Positions 8,257-17,001 of a stretch of 32,105 nt of DNA are shown one piece after another. The translations under genes and the position numbers were made by a program. Every line of letters starts with the position of its first letter. Position 1 is the first letter of the stretch. The notes under the pieces were generated by a model, which was not told the origin of the DNA, did no database searches, and was given only the letters and a program-made list of their open reading frames with translations. The stretch comes from Verrucomicrobiota bacterium (GTDB lineage Bacteria > Verrucomicrobiota > Verrucomicrobiia > Opitutales > Seribacteraceae), in the NCBI GenBank assembly GCA_027622665.1, contig JAQBYT010000043.1:1-32105 (forward strand), given 5' to 3'.

Positions 8257-9960
8257 TTAGGAATCATCTTGAAGGAATGACAATCGTTCTTTGACTTGAC
8301 GATGTAGCTTGGCGATGGATTCTTCAAGAGATTGTGCATTCGCTATACAGAGAGCGAGCATGGTGCCTCCGACATTGCGTCGTCCTTCTCTCGAGGCTTG
8401 AATTCTACCTCTGAAATCATACCCACTGGAGGGGAAGGATGGCATTTTGCCTTTAAAGTGCTTATTGGGCCAAAAGCATCTGAACACATGAAGCTTTTTA
8501 TTCCCTTGCGCGAATTCATAAGCTTCGAAAGGAATATGGTAGTTCTGGAGGGGTACGGAAATGGTTTTGGGACGTGTGCCGGGTGCAGGATCAATCTGAA
8601 CGAGTCCAGTAAGGGGGAGGCATGCGTCGGGAGAGTGGGTCGAGAGAATTGATGTGCATGCCCCTCCCGACTCCCAATGACATCGGAATCCTTGCCAATA
8701 TTCCGCTTCCTGATTGATAATTGACGAGCCGTCGTAAGGATTAGTTTTCGAGTGAGCCCGCTCTTGCCATTCTACGGATAGGGCGTCCTCATAATGAAGT
8801 TGCGCCTCGACCAAGGACGAAATGGGCTTTTGCTCAGTGACAATGCTTTGATCGGTGAAACTTGTAATTAGCCGGGGCAATTTTTCCATTGATGATTCTC
8901 TCCGATCATAATGTAGATTAGTTGCTGTAAAGATTAGTATAATCCATATGCAAGCACCCATTCCGAAACCTATCGGCGGAGACACCTTTAGGTTTTCCCA
9001 ATCATTGTGTTCTTCGTCTTCGGTATTACGATGGTTGTGGGTTCCAGCCATCCGGGCGAGTATGAACAGGACGATAAGAATACCCCCTGATTCAATCCAT
9101 CCCGCTAGGTCGTGCAAAGAAGGCGCATCTTGACCGAAGAGTGAGAAAAGGGGGTCGTGCAGGAGGTTTCCATGCCCCTTGATTTTGATGAAGGTGAGTG
9201 AGAAAGCCCGAAGAAGATTTAGGCTCAAGGCAACCACGGTACCGGCTAGGCAAAAGATTATTCTATGGATGATGCCCAAGCGATAGTAGAACCCAAGAAA
9301 CAGGCTGACTACGAGTGACGCCTGTAAACCGTGGATACCACTGCAGGCTTCGTCCACACCGACTTGACCGAAAACTCCAATGTCGATCACGTTGCCGAGA
9401 AGACGTACCTCGTGCCCCATGAATAAGAGGATGTTTACGATGAGCGAGGAAACGCGCCCTTGCAACCATTGGGTAAGCTGCAGATCAGTGGCCAAAGGCC
9501 AAGGTATTGCCACTAGAAAGAACAGGATGGGGAAGGCTAGCATTTTAGCCCGATTAAATCCGCCTTGATCATATAATAGGGCAAAGCTAAAGCTTGCTGC
9601 ACAAATGAAGAGTGCGACGTTCAGCATGCGCCAGTCCGAATTGGCTTCTCGAATGACCCAAAGAGGAAGTAAGGCGAGAAGGCAAGGGATTCCTAGATAA
9701 AGCCAAGCCCTTGATTGCGATGTTCGAGATGACTCTCTATCGTGTTCTTCTTTGCTTTTGCTTTTTAGAGCAAGATAAAGACAAAGTATCGGGACGATGA
9801 AGCCATGGCTGTATTGGTCGTTGAGTGACCAAGTCAGTTGCAGTTGATAGATGAGCATCCCCCAAACTCCGGCAAGAGATAAAATGCCTAGAATTAAGCG
9901 AATGTTTGCCTTCGACTTTGTTTCTGGAACGGGAGCGGTGAGTTCTACTGAATCGCTCAT
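8257..9960 (-). CDS. Exosortase (EpsH/Xrt family) with a fused C-terminal EpsI-like extracytoplasmic domain
   Basis: QYSHGFIVP, multiple TM helices, AIPWP, VDEACSGI (catalytic Cys), NLLR (Arg), HDLAG (His). The C-terminal soluble region has HSPDACLPLTG (EpsI-type HxPxxC). Confidence 0.88.
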   Translation of the reverse strand: MSDSVELTAPVPETKSKANIRLILGILSLAGVWGMLIYQLQLTWSLNDQYSHGFIVPILCLYLALKSKSKEEHDRESSRTSQSRAWLYLGIPCLLALLPLWVIREANSDWRMLNVALFICAASFSFALLYDQGGFNRAKMLAFPILFFLVAIPWPLATDLQLTQWLQGRVSSLIVNILLFMGHEVRLLGNVIDIGVFGQVGVDEACSGIHGLQASLVVSLFLGFYYRLGIIHRIIFCLAGTVVALSLNLLRAFSLTFIKIKGHGNLLHDPLFSLFGQDAPSLHDLAGWIESGGILIVLFILARMAGTHNHRNTEDEEHNDWENLKVSPPIGFGMGACIWIILIFTATNLHYDRRESSMEKLPRLITSFTDQSIVTEQKPISSLVEAQLHYEDALSVEWQERAHSKTNPYDGSSIINQEAEYWQGFRCHWESGGACTSILSTHSPDACLPLTGLVQIDPAPGTRPKTISVPLQNYHIPFEAYEFAQGNKKLHVFRCFWPNKHFKGKMPSFPSSGYDFRGRIQASREGRRNVGGTMLALCIANAQSLEESIAKLHRQVKERLSFLQDDS

Positions 9961-11750
9961 TGTGAACTGGTGAAGCTATCGGGGAAAAGTGAGGTAAGAG
10001 CCTTGCGTTCAGCTAGACCGATGCTGTCTTTGGTTATACTTGATTCGAGCCGAATAGCTGTTTGGGTGTCTTGATTCTGGCGAAGGACTTGGCTGCATAT
10101 CAATATCCACGCCGGTCGTGTTTCACGCCAAGTTCGCCAATCCGATATGTCGCCGAGGGAAACTAGGGCTTTGTCGGGTTCTTCGTTTCGTAAGTGAGCC
10201 AGCGCTGCAGTGATGCGGAAGCTGCGATCTTTGTTATCGATCAAGAGGCGATTTGTCTTATCGACGAGATCCAAAATTTTGTTTTTTGAAACTGATGGAT
10301 CAAGGAGTTCGAAATACCGTTCTGCGTTCTGCAGCTTGGAATCCTTGCCATGAATTTGTAGCAGTTTAGATATCCAGTAACGAATTTCGTGAAGTTCTGC
10401 CGAGGAGGCTCGATAGTGTAGAAGTTTTTCCAATGCGTATCGCCTTAACCCTGGCTCATCTGAAATATTCTCTAGGATGTGACAAAGGCTGCGGATATCT
10501 CCGCTAGCCTCTAGGTAACGGCAAGTGGCAAGTACTCGACGAGTATCCTTGCGGACTTCCTTCAGTAGTTGATCTAAATCTGCTGCTGCCTTGTCGAAAT
10601 CACCAGAGATAGAATGAAGGCGCACGGAAATTATGAGCTTCCACTGAGACGAAATGGCGGGTGCATTTGCCAACTCGTTTTTCATGTCATCTCGTCGGTC
10701 CAGTACTGCCAGTGCATTCATTCTAAGCTTGAATAGTTCCTCGTGTCGTCTTGCTCTGGCTGCAGGCAATTTCTTCAATAGAAGCGGGAAGGCTCGCAGG
10801 CGTCCTAGCCATCGGCAATATATTTCAAGCTGACTATTATCGTTTAGGTCGAAAACCTCGGCACATTCTTCGAGCACAGCTCTTTTATCATGTTCTTGAC
10901 TAGCGGAATCAAAACGGAGGGCATGAATGCGAAGAAAATCTATTGGTTTGCTATGTGGGTTGACTTTTAGTAGTTCGAGGCAACGCCCCAGACCTTGATT
11001 GGCAATTGGTAGGGTTGTATGGATCAGGGTCATGTGCCGAATTGCCTCGATGCCTGTTTCGTCTGGTCGCGGGGCAAACTTCGCAAGAAGTCTGCCCGCT
11101 TTCCCCAGATATTGGCTTTGACCTAGGTGTGCGGCAAGTTTTGCGTATAGAAATACTACCTCGGGCGAATTCTCTTTCTTTTGTTCGAGTAATTTACTGA
11201 CAATCTCTAGTGATTCGAGTGGTTTACCCGCTTCGGCCAGGAATTCTGCCTGTAAAAGCTTATGCTCGGAAAAGGATCGCCACTTAGCGTCTTTCTCTAA
11301 TGCTTCAATCTGTTTACTTGCGGCGAGCATGGCGAAATCCCTTGGGTTCCTCCCCAGATTTGCATCTCTGTCCCGAGCCACTTGAAGACAGTGGAGAACA
11401 AGCATTTCTCGGTCTTCAGCATTTGCTCCTTCGAGTTGCATTATTTTTTGCCATTCTAGAATGGCCTGCAATGGAGCAGTACGGGTTAACAATTCAACAT
11501 AGTTTCGCGCCACTTTTATGTCCTCGGGTAAAAGCAACATAGCTATCTTCGCTTTAAGAATGCCCGCATCAAGGAGACCAGTTGTATTTGCGAGGTTTTC
11601 GCTTTTAAACATTTCGCTGTCTTTTACCAGTGTTTCGGCCTTCCACTTGCGGATTATTGGCAAGTATAAAGGGGCTGAGAAAAAAGCGGTGGCGAAAGAC
11701 GCCAGCGTAAACATGACTATAATATATTTAATCGAGAGATTTCTCATCAA
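9957..11750 (-). CDS. Membrane-anchored all-alpha (TPR-like) protein
   Basis: 597-aa ORF with an N-terminal hydrophobic helix and A/L/E/R-rich helical repeats (GDFDKAAADL, ALAHLRNEEPDKAL). Stop overlaps the exosortase ATG. Start is TTG 11750 or ATG 11747. Confidence 0.75.
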   Translation of the reverse strand: MMRNLSIKYIIVMFTLASFATAFFSAPLYLPIIRKWKAETLVKDSEMFKSENLANTTGLLDAGILKAKIAMLLLPEDIKVARNYVELLTRTAPLQAILEWQKIMQLEGANAEDREMLVLHCLQVARDRDANLGRNPRDFAMLAASKQIEALEKDAKWRSFSEHKLLQAEFLAEAGKPLESLEIVSKLLEQKKENSPEVVFLYAKLAAHLGQSQYLGKAGRLLAKFAPRPDETGIEAIRHMTLIHTTLPIANQGLGRCLELLKVNPHSKPIDFLRIHALRFDSASQEHDKRAVLEECAEVFDLNDNSQLEIYCRWLGRLRAFPLLLKKLPAARARRHEELFKLRMNALAVLDRRDDMKNELANAPAISSQWKLIISVRLHSISGDFDKAAADLDQLLKEVRKDTRRVLATCRYLEASGDIRSLCHILENISDEPGLRRYALEKLLHYRASSAELHEIRYWISKLLQIHGKDSKLQNAERYFELLDPSVSKNKILDLVDKTNRLLIDNKDRSFRITAALAHLRNEEPDKALVSLGDISDWRTWRETRPAWILICSQVLRQNQDTQTAIRLESSITKDSIGLAERKALTSLFPDSFTSSQ

Positions 11751-11869
11751 TCGGCTGACTAAAGTTCGGAGTCCATCATTACTTCGACTAAACGATCAGA
11801 GGAAACGGTAGAGCACCAAACAAAGAGCGATATTTGGAACTATTCCACTTAAGTGCCAAAGTCTGATTT

Positions 11870-11998
11870 CTGGATTTCATGGTGCTACTTTAGGTACAAG
11901 TCCAGATACCCAGCAACATCCCTCTCGAAGTAGTTCTGCCAGATAGGGATTACGAATCGTTCTTACCCGGATATGCCGTTGATCAAAGCTTTGGTCAT
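11870..11998 (-). pseudogene. gmd: Relic of the 5' end of GDP-mannose 4,6-dehydratase
   Basis: ATG 11998 gives MTKALINGISG* (TAA where Gln is expected), then after a frameshift PYLAELLREGCCWVSGLV and SST. Compare the Gmd consensus [36 protein letters not shown]. Confidence 0.7.
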
Positions 11999-12028
11999 GC
12001 AATAATAAAGTGGAACTTGTCATTAAGT

Positions 12029-12069
12029 CAAGCTACCGCCCTTGGCTGCTTGCGGGTTTCCGCAAAGCC
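12029..12069 (-). promoter_or_regulatory. JUMPstart/ops element (RfaH loading site) with 5' hairpin
   Basis: Minus strand reads GGCT-TTGCGG-AAAC-CCGCAA-GC-AGCC-AAG-GGCGGTAGCTTG. The last 12 nt fit ops GGCGGTAGnnTG exactly, and AGCCAAGGGCGGTAGC matches the JUMPstart core. It lies about 60 nt after the RfaH-like gene, on the non-template strand of the glycan operon. Confidence 0.85.
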
Positions 12070-12102
12070 TTCCATATGAACCTGAATGCAATGAACTGTT
12101 GA

Positions 12103-12645
12103 TTAACTCACTCTCATTGGATGAACCTTAGGGAAATCCAATGAATTTTCGTCTATCTCGATTTCGGTAGGTCGACCAAGAAATTCTAAAAGTACTTTAA
12201 CTCGCTCCCGAGCAGGAATAAGACGAGTAACCATGCCGTTTCCACCTTGGAAAAGGCCTTCGATTATGGTTACCTCTGATCCTACATGATGGGGGCGATC
12301 AGGGATTTCAAGCAATCCGTCCACAGTGGTCGCGATTCTCAACTCCTTTATGATTCCGGAATCCACGGGGTCTGGTTTTAGGTTTCGACGAAGTACGTAT
12401 GCTACACCATGAGCAAAATGTACGGATCTCATGTTGAGTATAGGATCGAAACGTGCGAAAAGGTATCCTGGAAAGAGTGCTTGGGGAGACGCTGCATTTT
12501 TCTTTCGCTGAGAAATGGTTTTCGGAAAAAAAACATCAACTCCTTGTATTGCTTTAATCGATTGCGCTGCTGCATTCTCCGCTCGAGGTTTGGCTCTCAC
12601 GCAGTACCAATTAAGCTGCCAATCTCCAGTGAGCGCTGGATTCAT
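12103..12645 (-). CDS. rfaH: Transcription antitermination factor, RfaH-like NusG paralog
   Basis: NGN domain WYCVRAKPRAE...ALFPGYLFARFD. KOW domain GSEVTIIEGLFQG...ERVKVLLEFLGR. Adjacent ops and polysaccharide genes. Confidence 0.88.
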   Translation of the reverse strand: MNPALTGDWQLNWYCVRAKPRAENAAAQSIKAIQGVDVFFPKTISQRKKNAASPQALFPGYLFARFDPILNMRSVHFAHGVAYVLRRNLKPDPVDSGIIKELRIATTVDGLLEIPDRPHHVGSEVTIIEGLFQGGNGMVTRLIPARERVKVLLEFLGRPTEIEIDENSLDFPKVHPMRVS

Positions 12646-13079
12646 AGTTTTAGGAGTCCGGCCATTGCAGGTAATAGCCTTGAGCTAGCCTTGGTAAGGC
12701 GTTTTAGTTTCTCAATGCGGATTTGATAAAACTTCGCGTTTTGGGCTTCAATATTGCTGGAATCAATTAATTCTTCCATTCGTCGAATGCGTTCCTTGGC
12801 ACTTTCGAGATGGGGCATAATCTCGTCTTTCATGAAATTTGAGAATAGTCTGCGAAATTCTGATTCCGCTAGATAGTGGTCGCGGCGATCGCCCGCAACA
12901 TACATGGAACGAACGGCTTTAAGGGTTCGCAGGTTTTTTAAACCCTGGCTTGCGGAACCAATACTGATACCCAAACGAGAGGCGACTGCGTCCATCGGCA
13001 ATGGTTTCTCTGAAAAGTAAAGCAGTCCGTAGATCTCGCCGACCGAGCGCGGCAATCCCATCATGTTCATCAGTCGCAC
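12642..13079 (-). CDS. GbsR/MarR-family transcriptional regulator (true start possibly upstream, e.g. ATA 13154)
   Basis: GLPRSVGEIYGLLYFSEKPLPMDAVASRLGISIGSASQGLKNL...GDRRDHYLAE. Stop overlaps the rfaH ATG (ATGA). Confidence 0.88.
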   Translation of the reverse strand: MRLMNMMGLPRSVGEIYGLLYFSEKPLPMDAVASRLGISIGSASQGLKNLRTLKAVRSMYVAGDRRDHYLAESEFRRLFSNFMKDEIMPHLESAKERIRRMEELIDSSNIEAQNAKFYQIRIEKLKRLTKASSRLLPAMAGLLKL

Positions 13080-13354
13080 AAAAAAATCTATTCCCTCTAA
13101 CTCAAGCGAGCGAGTGGAGACTTTAGAAACTTTTTCTTGGATTTTGGCTTTTATTTTCGTGCGAGTTACTAAGTTTAACTTTTCATATGTTTCAAATAAA
13201 AATGAAATTAAGCAAGTTGATAATTTGTATTTGAGCTTTTGCTTGCTTGAATATCCTGCATGATGTCATTATTTAATAATTATTTAGTTACATGAATGTA
13301 TCGTTATTTTTGATTCGCACGCTTTAACTTTTCCTGAATGTCTTCCCTTTTAAT

Positions 13355-14770
13355 ATGAATAACAACAGGGTGCGCGGATTAGCCTCGCTTCACAATGCGG
13401 CTCTTTTGCTTACGGTTATCGCATGTTTTTGGATTATCCATTATTTTTGGAAATCCTCGGGGCACGAATTGATCAATTTGCCTTGGAGTTACGCACTGGC
13501 TGCTGTCCTTGGCGTGTTCTTGGCATCTTTTGGATCTTTCGACTCTTATGGTGCGTTTCTTCACTCTATCGGGTGGCGTCGCCTAGGCGCTTCCCTGATT
13601 AAGTCAAACTTTCAAGTGGCTCTCATTGCTTTTTTGGTCTTTGCCTTCTACTTCGCCACTAAAGACAAGGCAACCAGTAGGCTTTTCCTCGCTGTATTTA
13701 TTGGAGCTTGCTGGCCTGTTCTCGTTTTGGCGAATTTCAGCTTCCCAGTGCTTTTTCAGCGTTTTTCCACACCTTCTTCCAGCGATCGAAAGAGTGTGAT
13801 CATTGGAGACGGGGGTGCTCTCGACTCTTTGAGTCAATGGCTCGACCGGCATACTGCCCAAGGATTTTCTTTCGCCGGTGTTTTCTCAACTTCCCGTTGT
13901 GTTCCGGAAAAACTGTCCCTTCCGGATCTTGGGCATTACTCATTGCTCGATGAGTACCTTGAACACAACGAAATCCATCAAGTTGTCGTTGTGCCCGACG
14001 AGCACATTGACCGCTGGATCCCCCTTGTTGCGGAAAACTCAAATCGCCATGGTTGTCGGGTTCTCATCTACAATTCACTTTCCAGTTTGTTTGATTCGCG
14101 TCTAATTTTCGTAGAAGAATCGGGGCGCCAATTTTTCAGACTTCAGAACGAACCGCTCGAAAGCCCTTTCAATCGAATGGTGAAGCGTGTTTTCGATGTT
14201 GCTCTAAGTCTTCCCGCTCTCCTCTTGGCGTTGCCGCCAGCCATGATTTTTGTGTGGTTGTTTCAACGTATACAGTCTCCCGGCCCCCTTTTCTTTCGTC
14301 AAGAGAGGGTCGGGCTTGCAGGTCGTAAATTTGTTATCTGGAAGTTTCGTTCCATGGGGCATGATTTCTCAGGCAAAAGGAACGAAGCTGCACAGGCGAC
14401 TCGCGCCGACACAAGGATTTTCCCTGCGGGTCGGTTTATGCGTCGTTTTAGCATCGACGAAATTCCTCAATTTTTAAATGTACTAAAGGGCGAGATGAGC
14501 CTTGTTGGCCCACGTCCTTATCTTGCTCAGCACGATTACCTCTTTCAGCGTGACTATAAGGCTTATCGGGTTAGGCAATTCGTGAAGCCAGGAGTAACTG
14601 GTCCTGCTCAATGCCGTGGTCTACGAGGGGAATTTACCGATCCCGAACTTGTTCGTCGTCGTATCGAGATGGATTTCGATTATGTTGGCAACTGGTCAGT
14701 TTGGACGGATTGTGAGATTGTACTACGCACCGTGGTTCAAGTCGTCTTCCCTCCGCGTTCCGCTTACTGA
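13355..14770 (+). CDS. Polyprenyl-phosphate glycosylphosphotransferase (WcaJ/WbaP-type priming transferase)
   Basis: Four N-terminal TM helices, Rossmann-like linker (VIIGDG), KRVFDV, SPGPLFFRQERVG, KFRSM, SIDEIPQFLNVLKGEMSLVGPRP, VKPGVTGPAQ, YVGNWS. Confidence 0.95.
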   Translation: MNNNRVRGLASLHNAALLLTVIACFWIIHYFWKSSGHELINLPWSYALAAVLGVFLASFGSFDSYGAFLHSIGWRRLGASLIKSNFQVALIAFLVFAFYFATKDKATSRLFLAVFIGACWPVLVLANFSFPVLFQRFSTPSSSDRKSVIIGDGGALDSLSQWLDRHTAQGFSFAGVFSTSRCVPEKLSLPDLGHYSLLDEYLEHNEIHQVVVVPDEHIDRWIPLVAENSNRHGCRVLIYNSLSSLFDSRLIFVEESGRQFFRLQNEPLESPFNRMVKRVFDVALSLPALLLALPPAMIFVWLFQRIQSPGPLFFRQERVGLAGRKFVIWKFRSMGHDFSGKRNEAAQATRADTRIFPAGRFMRRFSIDEIPQFLNVLKGEMSLVGPRPYLAQHDYLFQRDYKAYRVRQFVKPGVTGPAQCRGLRGEFTDPELVRRRIEMDFDYVGNWSVWTDCEIVLRTVVQVVFPPRSAY

Positions 14771-14789
14771 GACGATTCTTACTGCTCTA

Positions 14790-15599
14790 GTGAGTTTCAA
14801 GACCGACGACTCCCTCCATTCACTTCCTGCTTTCCCGACTCGAACTGTTCTTGGAGTTAAGTTTTTTTCGGGTAGTTTGACAGAGGTTACTGATCATGCC
14901 TTGCTTGGCGGACTAGTAGTCGCCCCATCCGGTCCCGGACTGGCAAATGACCTTCCTCGGGATCCTGCCTATCGTGATGCCCTCGTTGCCGCCGATCTCG
15001 TTCTTCCCGACAGCGGGCTCATGGCTCTATGGTGGAATCGTTCCCATTCGAACAAAAAGGAAAAGTTGCCTCGGTTGTCCGGCCTGCTTTTCCTCAAGGA
15101 ACTCATCAAGCGGGAAGCCCAAGGAGTCCTGCGGGATTCTTTCTGGATTATGCCCGATGCCGGCCAAGATGCCGACAATCGAGGATGGCTCGCAGAAGAG
15201 GCTGGACTTGTCATCGAGACCAAGGACGTCTACATCGCACCAGTGTATGCCGGTGCGGGTCTTCTTGCCGACGAGTCCCTTCTTAAGCTTTTGGTCGAAC
15301 GGCGACCAAAACTAATAATGGTAAATCTTGGTGGTGGCGTGCAGGAACGCCTCGGTCACTATCTGCGGGATCATCTCGACTACCGCCCGATTATTGTCTG
15401 CACCGGGGCTGCACTTGCCTTTCTCTCGGGTCAGCAAGTGCGGATTCCCCACTGGGCTGACCGGCTATACCTCGGCTGGCTCCTTCGTTGTTTAGCCAAT
15501 CCCGTTCGTTTTATCCCTCGCTATTGGGCGGCTCGCAAACTGGTAGGACTCCTTAAACGATATGGCGCCGACTCGCCTCTCCCTCTAGAAACGGAGTAA
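14790..15599 (+). CDS. WecB/TagA/CpsF (WecG) family glycosyltransferase
   Basis: ADLVLPDSG, RLSG, VNLGGGVQE, GAALAFLSG...RIPHWADRLYLGWLLRCLANPVRFIPRY. GTG 14790 preferred to the track start 14616, which overlaps the upstream gene. Confidence 0.9.
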   Translation: MSFKTDDSLHSLPAFPTRTVLGVKFFSGSLTEVTDHALLGGLVVAPSGPGLANDLPRDPAYRDALVAADLVLPDSGLMALWWNRSHSNKKEKLPRLSGLLFLKELIKREAQGVLRDSFWIMPDAGQDADNRGWLAEEAGLVIETKDVYIAPVYAGAGLLADESLLKLLVERRPKLIMVNLGGGVQERLGHYLRDHLDYRPIIVCTGAALAFLSGQQVRIPHWADRLYLGWLLRCLANPVRFIPRYWAARKLVGLLKRYGADSPLPLETE

Positions 15600-15670
15600 A
15601 CTTAGTTTAAGCGTTTTGAAATAACCGGCTTGATTGCCTGGTTTTGATTCTACACCCTGTTCAACTTTTT

Positions 15671-16993
15671 ATGATTGCCGACCGACAGACCAAGCGTGCG
15701 TCCGTTCGAGCCCTAGGCTGTCGCCTTAACCAATACGAGGTTACCGCAATTGCCGATCGTCTTGCCGCTGCAGGCTACCAAGTTGTCCCCTTTGGCGAGC
15801 CTGCCGACCTCGGCGTCATCAACACCTGTACCGTGACCAACGAGGCCGATGCCAAGTCCCGCAACGTCATTCGCCGCTTCATCCGCGCGAATCCTCGGGC
15901 GGTAACGGTAGTGGTCGGGTGCTACTCTCAGGTCGGAGCTTCCTCGGTTGCTGAAATACAGGGGGTCGATTACGTCATCGGCAACCAAGACAAGATGAAC
16001 CTGCTTGAATACATCGGAGAGGAAAAAACCGATCGTCCGGTTGTCATCAGGGAAAAAATCGCAAGAGATGATTTCTCTCTCTCTATAAATGGTGACACCC
16101 CGTTTGAGTGGCGAGCGAATCTCAAGGTACAGGATGGTTGCGATTTCATGTGCGCCTTTTGCATCATACCCTTTGCTCGTGGCAGGGCGCGTTCACGGGC
16201 CTTCGACAACCTGATGGAAGAGGCTCGATCGCTCGCGGTCAGAGGTGTTCGGGAAGTTATTCTCACGGGCGTCAACGTCGGTACCTACCAATCGGAAGGT
16301 CACGATTTTCTCGCAATGGTCGAGGCCCTTGCCTCTGTTCCGGATTTGGCTCGCATTCGCATCAGCAGCATCGATCCCACCACCATTCCTGAAGAGCTTT
16401 TCCCGCTTATGGCTGATCCCTGTCATCCGCTTCTCCCATACCTTCACGTCCCACTTCAGGCGGGATGTGATCGGACGCTGGACGCCATGAAGCGTAAATA
16501 TCAACTGGACGAGATTACCGCTTTTATCCGCAAGGCAAACGATCTCGTCCCGAATTTATGCATTGGCACCGACCTCATGGCGGGTTTCCCCGGAGAGACC
16601 AATGATGATTTCGAGCAGACCTGCCGCACATTTCTGGAGCAGCCCTTTGCCTACTGCCACGTATTCACCTTTTCCGAACGTTCGGGAACCCCGGCCGCGA
16701 GAGCAGACGATCAGGTTCCCATGCAAGAGCGCCGCCGGCGCAGCGACCGTCTTCGTGTCCTGTCCGCATCAAAACGCCATGACTTTTACGAGGCCCAAGT
16801 CGGTCGCGAGGCTCGAATTCTAATAGAGGATCCGAAAAACGGTTGCTGGCCTGCCTACACGGAGAATTACGTTCGCGTCCTTGTGCGTTCGGATCGAACG
16901 GATCTTGCCAATCGTCTCGCTAGGGTGCGACTCGGTCGAGCCAGACCCGAATACGTCGAAGCCGAGCTTCTGGAAGTCCTCGACCAAACCTGA
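15671..16993 (+). CDS. mtaB: tRNA t6A37 methylthiotransferase (radical SAM)
   Basis: LGCRLNQYE, INTCTVT, VVGCY, LKVQDGCDFMCAFCIIP (CxxxCxxC), RIRISSIDP, HVPLQAG, FSERSGTPA, YTENY. Confidence 0.93.
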   Translation: MIADRQTKRASVRALGCRLNQYEVTAIADRLAAAGYQVVPFGEPADLGVINTCTVTNEADAKSRNVIRRFIRANPRAVTVVVGCYSQVGASSVAEIQGVDYVIGNQDKMNLLEYIGEEKTDRPVVIREKIARDDFSLSINGDTPFEWRANLKVQDGCDFMCAFCIIPFARGRARSRAFDNLMEEARSLAVRGVREVILTGVNVGTYQSEGHDFLAMVEALASVPDLARIRISSIDPTTIPEELFPLMADPCHPLLPYLHVPLQAGCDRTLDAMKRKYQLDEITAFIRKANDLVPNLCIGTDLMAGFPGETNDDFEQTCRTFLEQPFAYCHVFTFSERSGTPAARADDQVPMQERRRRSDRLRVLSASKRHDFYEAQVGREARILIEDPKNGCWPAYTENYVRVLVRSDRTDLANRLARVRLGRARPEYVEAELLEVLDQT

Positions 16994-17001
16994 GCCACGC
17001 C

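Noticed and set aside
14616..14789. N-terminal extension of the WecG/TagA ORF (also 17534-17719 for the exonuclease)
   Set aside because: Overlaps the upstream gene. Family similarity starts after the downstream start codon.
15898..15905. ops-like GGCGGTAA inside mtaB (similar near 23230)
   Set aside because: Mismatched core, inside coding sequence, no JUMPstart flank.
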